Shown: positions 58,498 to 64,000 of the stretch, in pieces | How the letters are laid out: every line of letters starts with the position of its first letter | Numbering within the stretch: position 1 is the first letter of the stretch | IMG/VR virus record: IMGVR_UViG_3300035182_002586 | Location: 434,001 to 498,000 of that record | Direction: 5' to 3' (one strand) | DNA length: 64,000 nt | Notes under the pieces: generated by a model | Databases searched by the model: none | What the model was told of the DNA's origin: nothing | What the model saw: only the letters and a program-made list of their open reading frames with translations | Position numbers and translations under genes: made by a program

Positions 58498-59186
58498 TGA
58501 AAAGCCCCCGTCCGCGTCTCCACCTGAAGGACGACGACTTCCGCGCCCTTCGCCACATGGCCATCGACACGGACCGCACGGTCGGTGACCTGGTGGCCGA
58601 AGCGATCCAGCTTCTCTTCAAGCACCACAACTACGTGTGGGGGCAGACGAAACCTGAGAAAACGACCACACCCGCGAGCTGCGGCTCGACCCCGAAGAAG
58701 GGAGTTCGACCGATCGGCCGCCCGCGTCGGGCCCTCAACACCCCTCCGGAAGGGATCGAAGTCGAGCGCGTCCGACTCGGGTTGTCGAAACGCGAACACG
58801 CGAAGAAGATCGGGATCCCGATCGCAACGTACCTGGCCGCAGTGCAACGCGAAAGTGTAACGCCTGTGGTCACCGAGAAGCCCAACAAGGCTCCGGTCAC
58901 CGAGAAGCCCAACAAGGCTCCGGTCACCGGAATCTCCCTGGAGACGTTCGCGAAGCGACGTGGCGTGCCCGTGTCGCAGATCGTCAAAGAGGGCCCGGAC
59001 GCGCCGCTCAAGATTCGGTCGAAGACGACGGGACGGTGCCTCACGACGAAGGGTGAGTGGGCAGACCTTCATCGCAGGACCATCGTGCTGACGACGGCGC
59101 AAGAAGCCGAGGAGTTCGTGAAGAGCGTCTTCGGGGAGTTGAGTGGTACGTCGGACGTGGAGATCGTTCCGGTCTACGCCAACTGA
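58494..59186 (+). CDS. multi-domain regulator: RHH + AT-hook-like + XRE-like HTH
   Basis: LHLKDDDFRALRHMAIDTDRTVGDLVAEAI; IGRPRR; RVRLGLSKREHAKKIGI. Confidence 0.65.
   Translation: MMKSPRPRLHLKDDDFRALRHMAIDTDRTVGDLVAEAIQLLFKHHNYVWGQTKPEKTTTPASCGSTPKKGVRPIGRPRRALNTPPEGIEVERVRLGLSKREHAKKIGIPIATYLAAVQRESVTPVVTEKPNKAPVTEKPNKAPVTGISLETFAKRRGVPVSQIVKEGPDAPLKIRSKTTGRCLTTKGEWADLHRRTIVLTTAQEAEEFVKSVFGELSGTSDVEIVPVYAN
58869..58929 (+). repeat. 27-bp tandem repeat x2.3 (VTEKPNKAP)
   Basis: GTCACCGAGAAGCCCAACAAGGCTCCG repeated exactly. Confidence 0.9.
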
Positions 59187-59189
59187 TCG

Positions 59190-59217
59190 GATGGATCGCC
59201 ACCGACTCACGCTGTAG
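59190..59217 (+). promoter_or_regulatory. class A promoter (N16)
   Basis: 7 nt to ATG 59225. Confidence 0.8.
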
Positions 59218-59224
59218 TAGGAAC

Positions 59225-59563
59225 ATGACCCCCGAAACCGCCCGCGCTGCCGTCGCCCTCTTCGTCAAGGCCGCCGAGACCCGCCTCTGCCACGAACCCG
59301 ACGAGGAGACCCGCGAGATCGAAGGCAAGAGCATGATGCGCATCAGCGCAATGCTCGTCCCGTACAACAAGGCGAAGGTCGACCGTCTCTACGTGTGGCT
59401 GACCGACGAAACCATCACGGTCCAGGTCGCCGGCCAGACCCCTTCCCCCGAAGGCGCCGAGTACGGCTTCACCTCGGTCTCGGCCAAGGCCGAGACCAAC
59501 GCCCAGTTCGACGCCGCCGGGCTCTGCCAGTTCTTCCTCGCCCTCGCCAAGGGGATGCGCTGA
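59225..59563 (+). CDS. hypothetical protein
   Basis: behind class A motif. Confidence 0.75.
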   Translation: MTPETARAAVALFVKAAETRLCHEPDEETREIEGKSMMRISAMLVPYNKAKVDRLYVWLTDETITVQVAGQTPSPEGAEYGFTSVSAKAETNAQFDAAGLCQFFLALAKGMR

Positions 59564-59883
59564 TGCCCGCCGAGATCCGCATCGTATACAAGCGCCCGGG
59601 TTGCCTCGCGGACGTGCAGTTCGTCGAGAACTCCCTCCAGGGGTTCCGCGCCCTGCTCGACGGCGGACACATCGAGTTCATCCGCCTCCGCGAGTACGGC
59701 CAGGGCATCCACGGGTACGCGGACGAGGAAGGACGCCTCAAGGACCTGCCCTACAACCTCGACGTGGACGGCGAGCCCATCGTCGGCCCCATCTTCTTCT
59801 CGAAGGGTGACGGCGAAGGGGAAGACATCGGCTTCGAGGATGTCGAGGAAGCGTTCGCCCTCTGCCGCTTCCTCAACGCCTGA
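59563..59883 (+). CDS. DUF3846 domain protein
   Basis: NSLQGFRALLDGG.IE...DEEGRLK.LP.N...IVGPIFF. Confidence 0.8.
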   Translation: MPAEIRIVYKRPGCLADVQFVENSLQGFRALLDGGHIEFIRLREYGQGIHGYADEEGRLKDLPYNLDVDGEPIVGPIFFSKGDGEGEDIGFEDVEEAFALCRFLNA

Positions 59884-59910
59884 TGGATCGCTCCGTCCCT
59901 CATGCTGTAG
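59882..59910 (+). promoter_or_regulatory. class A promoter (N17), leadered
   Basis: overlaps upstream TGA; AGGAGGT SD before GTG 59939. Confidence 0.75.
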
Positions 59911-59938
59911 AGGAAGGGGATAAACCAGGAGGTGTGCT

Positions 59939-60412
59939 GTGGGAGGAAAAACCGTAGGAGACTGGGGCCAGGCACACAGCCGAGCACGCAACGCGCGAGA
60001 GTCCAACGACACCAAGGTCGAAGCCGCCCTTCGGGAGAAACGGGACGCCGAACGCTCCGTTGCTCTGATGCACATCAAGTGGATCCTCGAATCCCCCTAC
60101 GTGACCGATCCGGCGTGGGTCATCAGGATTCGTACGAACCTCTTGGAGAACCCAACCCTGGTACCAGCCCGGAGGGAGCAAGTCGCCCTCGAACGCCTCT
60201 TGTTTTCGTTGCACCTCCGGGATTTGAACGGAGGCGAGAGCAAGCCGCGTTCCCCCGAAGAGGTCGAAGCTGCTAGGGCGAAACGCCGCGCTCTCGTCGC
60301 TGCCGTGCAAGAGAGGGGCAAGTTTCGAGAGAAGATCAATCAAGCCGCCTTCCGCCCACAAGGGGAGCCACCGCCCAAACCACCCCGCAAAGTCTCTGTG
60401 GGTGACTACTGA
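59939..60412 (+). CDS. hypothetical basic protein
   Basis: 157 aa, lower GC. Confidence 0.65.
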   Translation: MGGKTVGDWGQAHSRARNARESNDTKVEAALREKRDAERSVALMHIKWILESPYVTDPAWVIRIRTNLLENPTLVPARREQVALERLLFSLHLRDLNGGESKPRSPEEVEAARAKRRALVAAVQERGKFREKINQAAFRPQGEPPPKPPRKVSVGDY

Positions 60413-60439
60413 CGGATCGCACCACCCCCAGCAGTGTTA
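60411..60439 (+). promoter_or_regulatory. degenerate class A copy GACGGATC-N17-GTTA
   Basis: overlaps upstream stop; GAGGAG SD before ATG 60459. Confidence 0.4.
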
Positions 60440-60458
60440 CCTGTGAGGAGAACCCCCG

Positions 60459-60677
60459 ATGCTGACCGTAGGGATGCGCGTGATCTATGAGCAGCCGGGC
60501 CACCGCCGGGAGACCGGCGTGCTGCTTCGCCTCATGGGAACAATGAGTTGCGAGATTCGCACGGACCGCTGCGCCTCTGACCCCAAGGGATGGCCGATCC
60601 CTTGGAGGACGCTCACCCTCAACGTCAACCGCGCCTTCGTGAGGCCGGAAGCGTCGAACTACCCGAAGGCAGGGTAG
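60459..60677 (+). CDS. small SH3-like hypothetical protein
   Basis: LTVGMRVIY...TGVL. Confidence 0.6.
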   Translation: MLTVGMRVIYEQPGHRRETGVLLRLMGTMSCEIRTDRCASDPKGWPIPWRTLTLNVNRAFVRPEASNYPKAG

Positions 60678-60691
60678 GCGGAGATCGAACC

Positions 60692-61525
60692 ATGAAACCG
60701 ACTTTGAACCTACCCTCGCTAGCGGCCGCTCTGCGCATTCACCCCACACACGCTGCTCACCTTGTGAGGGCGATGAGGGCGATGAGGGCGGGAACAAGTC
60801 AAGTGGCTGCCCTCGCCGACGAGATCGAGAGGGTGGCGCAACGCCGGAGTCCGCGGGAATCGATCAGCGTAACGCCTCCGCGACCAACAAGGGGACCCGA
60901 AGAACGGGAGTGGCGCCGACTGTACGCGCGTACGAGTGAGGCCCGAAGTAACAACCTTACCCGCAAGGCCGCCGCTGCCATGCGGTTTGACTACAACGAC
61001 GGCGACTCGCAATACGAAGCGTTCTGCAAGCGTTTCGGCTACGGTTCAACCGAAGAGGTGTTCCGCGCCGCTATTCGCCCGTGGGAGATCGGTTGGCGCG
61101 GTGTGGAAGTCGGAAATGTCCGGTTCGGCAAGCTGGAAAAACCACTGAGCCCGACGATGCCCCCGTCTCGTCGATCCAATACACCCGTCGACTTCTACCG
61201 GTTGCTGTACCTCACGAAGCCGGTAGGTGTCTCGTTCGACGACATGTACGGTCAGTCGATCTGTGGGTTCACGAGCCCGTGCCGTCGTTTCGCTATGGCC
61301 TTCTACTTCCACAAGTATGAGCTTGCAGCCTACCAATACGTCCGCAAAGACCTTGCTGTACGTACGCGTGAACTGCGCGGGCAGTTCATCATTCAGTCTG
61401 GTATCCCGGGCGTCGACAATGGTGTCAATACGAACGACGTCGACGCGAAACGATGGTTCCGAATGGTAGCTACCGCTATGCGCCGAAAGTGGAAGGTCTA
61501 CCCGGGTAACAACTTCGACATATAA
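60692..61525 (+). CDS. hypothetical protein (lower-GC island)
   Basis: 277 aa, weak codon bias. Confidence 0.7.
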   Translation: MKPTLNLPSLAAALRIHPTHAAHLVRAMRAMRAGTSQVAALADEIERVAQRRSPRESISVTPPRPTRGPEEREWRRLYARTSEARSNNLTRKAAAAMRFDYNDGDSQYEAFCKRFGYGSTEEVFRAAIRPWEIGWRGVEVGNVRFGKLEKPLSPTMPPSRRSNTPVDFYRLLYLTKPVGVSFDDMYGQSICGFTSPCRRFAMAFYFHKYELAAYQYVRKDLAVRTRELRGQFIIQSGIPGVDNGVNTNDVDAKRWFRMVATAMRRKWKVYPGNNFDI

Positions 61526-61624
61526 CCGCGAACTGATCGAGGCCCAAAGGAAGTGACGATGTGAACAGGTGCACCGCTGCACCGCAATCACTTCAAGTGC
61601 CTGTCGCCGAACGAGAGCTGAAAC

Positions 61625-61957
61625 ATGAGCCTAGCCCGCCACTGGATCATCCCCGGAGAAGTCACGCAAGAGGAGTTCGACTTCCTCGCGCACAGGCTAG
61701 GCGTCGTCTTCCCCGACCTCGGCGGGAAGTTCGAGCGCAACGCCCTCCAGAAGATGGTATGGGAAGTCGACCTCGACGAAGAGGACGCTCGGCGTGGTCA
61801 CAACCTGAGCCGGGAGGTGAAGGTCGACCTCACGGTCCGACTGCGCAACAGCGCGCTCGCGAACCTCGTCGCCTACCGGAACCGGACGCCCGGAGCCATC
61901 CCGAAGGCCGAGCACATCACCCTGTGGGATCGCATCCTCAAGGACGACGGACTCTAG
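61625..61957 (+). CDS. hypothetical protein with LWDRI tail
   Basis: ends AEHITLWDRILKDDGL. Confidence 0.75.
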   Translation: MSLARHWIIPGEVTQEEFDFLAHRLGVVFPDLGGKFERNALQKMVWEVDLDEEDARRGHNLSREVKVDLTVRLRNSALANLVAYRNRTPGAIPKAEHITLWDRILKDDGL

Positions 61958-62226
61958 TAGGGGTTCTCCTCCATCAGGAGCGCCTCGTAGACGTCCGCCA
62001 CGTCGCCGCGCGGACTCGGCCTCTCCATCGACGCCTCGCGCTCCATGGACATTTGGTTCAACCACCCGACCCTCATGGCACCGAGAATCTGAGGGCAGGT
62101 GAAGTCTCGATCCTTGCAGTAGACCCGGCCGGCATCGTCCACCCAGACGACCTCCCCGATGTCGATGTGGAACTTGACCTTCCCCGCCACCACATCGAAG
62201 GGACGCGCCGCGACGTAGCAATGCAT
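61954..62226 (-). CDS. hypothetical protein ending VYEALLMEENPY
   Basis: class B element 10 nt upstream. Confidence 0.65.
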   Translation of the reverse strand: MHCYVAARPFDVVAGKVKFHIDIGEVVWVDDAGRVYCKDRDFTCPQILGAMRVGWLNQMSMEREASMERPSPRGDVADVYEALLMEENPY

Positions 62227-62236
62227 GCGGCCGCCC

Positions 62237-62243
62237 CTACACC
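62237..62243 (-). promoter_or_regulatory. class B element GGTGTAG
   Basis: 10 nt to ATG 62226. Confidence 0.6.
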
Positions 62244-62249
62244 GCGAGG

Positions 62250-62483
62250 TCAGAGAAGGGGCCGGATCTTCTCCACCGTCTCCGCGTACGCCAGCGAGAC
62301 CGGCTGCTCGTCCTCGTCATCACCCCACGTGCGGCCCACCTTCGAGTGAGCCTCGCAGGCGAAGTACATGTCCCCCGCGTAGTCCACGCAACGCTTGGTG
62401 GCCGTCTCCGAGCACTGGTAGCACAGGGGAAGCTGACCGAGGAGCGTCTTGACCAGACCGCGAAGCTCGCCGTCGTCACACAT
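62250..62483 (-). CDS. zinc-finger hypothetical protein
   Basis: CYQC...CEAH. Confidence 0.6.
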   Translation of the reverse strand: MCDDGELRGLVKTLLGQLPLCYQCSETATKRCVDYAGDMYFACEAHSKVGRTWGDDEDEQPVSLAYAETVEKIRPLL

Positions 62484-62599
62484 GGGGTTCTTTCCTAGCA
62501 CGGGAGACGAACCGAGTCTCACAAGATACCAAGCGGCGCGAAGCGCCGCGCCCGGGGGTAAAGTCGATTTTTCAACCCCGGCCCACGATACCCGGCAAA

Positions 62600-63298
62600 T
62601 CAGGCCAGTGCGTCCCACAGGGCCGAAAGACGCCGCATCTCGGCCCCTATCTCCCCGAGCGCCTTCTTCACGTACGGCGCCATGTGCTTCGCGATGATCG
62701 CCGAGTGACGCTCCAGGTGCTTGTCCCGGCCCGCCACGTCCTTCGGGCACTCCCCCATCGCCCGGATCTCCTGACGCATCGCCTCCAACACGTCCTCCGG
62801 AGTCCCCGGAGCGAACGCCAGCTCCCGCGCCACCGGAGCGCTCAGACGCTCCCGGCCCATGCGGACCCCGTGCACGTCGTACGCGCACCAGCGGACGCCC
62901 TTCGGCAGCTTGTCCGCCTCCTTGTGACTCCCCACCACGATGACCGGCCACGCCTCGTACCCGTCGTAGACCGTGTACGGCACCGGCATCTGGAACGTGT
63001 GGCCCTTCACCACGTCGCGGCTGAACCGCCTCTTCGTCGACCCTACCCGGATCGCCATCCACCGGAGCGCCGTGTACGTGTACTCGCGCTCCATCCCGTG
63101 CAGGTGCGAAGCGTAGTCGAACCCGATCAGACGTTTGCCCCGGTCGTAGGACAGGTCCTCCGACGGGTCGCCCGCCGACCGGAACCCGCCCGGCTTGCCC
63201 TTCACCTCGGGCCAGCCCCGGAAGTTCGCCTGCATGAAGGCGACCATCTTCCGCTGCGCCGCCTCGGACTTCGTACGGATCGCGATGCTGTAACCCAT
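62600..63298 (-). CDS. hypothetical protein
   Basis: 232 aa; LSYD.GK..IGFDY..YDG.E motifs. Confidence 0.8.
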   Translation of the reverse strand: MGYSIAIRTKSEAAQRKMVAFMQANFRGWPEVKGKPGGFRSAGDPSEDLSYDRGKRLIGFDYASHLHGMEREYTYTALRWMAIRVGSTKRRFSRDVVKGHTFQMPVPYTVYDGYEAWPVIVVGSHKEADKLPKGVRWCAYDVHGVRMGRERLSAPVARELAFAPGTPEDVLEAMRQEIRAMGECPKDVAGRDKHLERHSAIIAKHMAPYVKKALGEIGAEMRRLSALWDALA

Positions 63299-63308
63299 GG
63301 AATGGGTC

Positions 63309-63315
63309 GTACACC
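63309..63315 (-). promoter_or_regulatory. class B element GGTGTAC
   Basis: 10 nt to ATG 63298. Confidence 0.6.
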
Positions 63316-63341
63316 AAGCTCGACCCCTTGCCCAGATGTCC

Positions 63342-63347
63342 TATGAT
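63342..63347 (+). promoter_or_regulatory. -10-like TATGAT (leaderless spacing)
   Basis: 6 nt to ATG 63354. Confidence 0.45.
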
Positions 63348-63353
63348 CCGAAC

Positions 63354-63587
63354 ATGGGCTACGACGTCTGGATCGAAGCCACCCTCCACGGACGAAAGGG
63401 ACGGGCCACGCGCACCGGCAGACCCGCCACCCACTCGTGGGACGAATGGCTCTTCGTCCCGGACGAGCCCAAGGACGAGATCGATCACGACCACCCCAAG
63501 CAGGGGGACGCAGGGTTCGAGCTGCACGGCACGGTCGTCGGCCCGCCCCCCTGGTGGAAGTACCACGGGATCAAGCCCCTCCTGTAG
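63354..63587 (+). CDS. hypothetical protein
   Basis: 77 aa. Confidence 0.6.
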   Translation: MGYDVWIEATLHGRKGRATRTGRPATHSWDEWLFVPDEPKDEIDHDHPKQGDAGFELHGTVVGPPPWWKYHGIKPLL

Positions 63588-63593
63588 CGCCCC

Positions 63594-63600
63594 GGTGTAC
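63594..63600 (+). promoter_or_regulatory. class B element GGTGTAC
   Basis: 12 nt to ATG 63613. Confidence 0.5.
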
Positions 63601-63612
63601 CGTCACCACCCG

Positions 63613-64000
63613 ATGCTCGCCCACGCTACGCTCGACGCACGCCCCGGTTGGACCGAAGGGCTCAAGGACCTCCCGCCCGGCGCCCACGTCGCCGTTCTCG
63701 GAGCCCGCCCCTCCCACTGCATGGAGGGCCGACGCGCCGGCCTGGAGTTCCGGGACACCATCCTCCTCGTCACGGCCAAGGGCCTCTCCGCCGCCGCCCT
63801 CTTCCGCCTCCCGTTCGACGGCACCGTCGCGACACAGATGACGAAGACGGCCACGGGCGGCCTCTGGGTCGACGGGTGCCGCGTCAGCACCACACCGAGC
63901 GACGATATCTTCGCAAAAAACCCCACACAAGGGGAGGGTTCGGACACGGGAACGCGCAAGTCTATGGGGACAGCGCAGGAGCCCCCAACTACAACCCGTC
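63613..64000 (+). CDS. N4/N6 DNA-methyltransferase-like protein, 3' partial
   Basis: GLEFRDTI...FRLPFDGTVA....ATGGLWVDGCRV resembles the RKPLEGTVA..GTGALNIDGCR segment of phage MTases; runs off window. Confidence 0.55.
   Translation, partial: MLAHATLDARPGWTEGLKDLPPGAHVAVLGARPSHCMEGRRAGLEFRDTILLVTAKGLSAAALFRLPFDGTVATQMTKTATGGLWVDGCRVSTTPSDDIFAKNPTQGEGSDTGTRKSMGTAQEPPTTTR

Noticed and set aside
2182-60439. Class A repeats as a CRISPR array or integron attC sites
   Set aside because: Spacing is irregular (hundreds to thousands of nt), the middle 16-17 nt vary, and there is no palindromic attC core, cas gene or integrase in the window; the geometry fits a promoter
62484-63566. 5' extension of the 438 aa ORF 62250..63566
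   Set aside because: Overlaps better-supported genes 62600..63298 and 63354..63587; only the last 77 codons look real
1-64000. tRNA, rRNA, tmRNA genes
   Set aside because: No T-loop (GTTCRA) in a cloverleaf context outside CDSs was found by eye; tRNAscan/Aragorn would be the decisive check
1-64000. Retron, DGR or group II intron
   Set aside because: No reverse transcriptase motifs (YADD/YxDD in RT context) and no template/variable repeat pair seen

Overview
High-GC (about two-thirds by eye), very gene-dense window with about 148 mostly short CDSs. I see no structural, replication, rRNA, tRNA or CRISPR loci. It reads as the accessory/early region of a large (jumbo-type) phage; the host is unknown. 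Recognisable products: ABC/AAA ATPase, metallophosphoesterase, two HNH endonucleases plus a NUMOD3 protein, macrodomain, NADAR (YbiA-like), Rnl2-type RNA ligase, radical SAM enzyme, SPFH/flotillin, YeaH/YhbH (DUF444), ParB-like protein, a stand-alone class II aaRS anticodon-binding domain, a stand-alone sigma70 region 4, DUF1003, DUF1653, DUF2061, DUF3846, a HicA-like protein and a partial DNA-methyltransferase-like gene. Three patterns stand out. (1) About 25 copies of GATGGATC-N16/17-GTAG, 19 of them exactly 7 nt before an ATG, which suggests an ECF-sigma-like leaderless promoter; its first bases often double as the upstream stop codon. (2) About 40 copies of GGTGTA, mostly 7-13 nt before start codons, including five back-to-back palindromic pairs. 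(3) A shared C-terminal peptide tail, [LV]W[ED][RK][LI]-x-acidic-hydrophobic, on six otherwise unrelated proteins. All family assignments come from motif recognition, not database searches. Several apparent homopolymer frameshifts may be sequencing errors.
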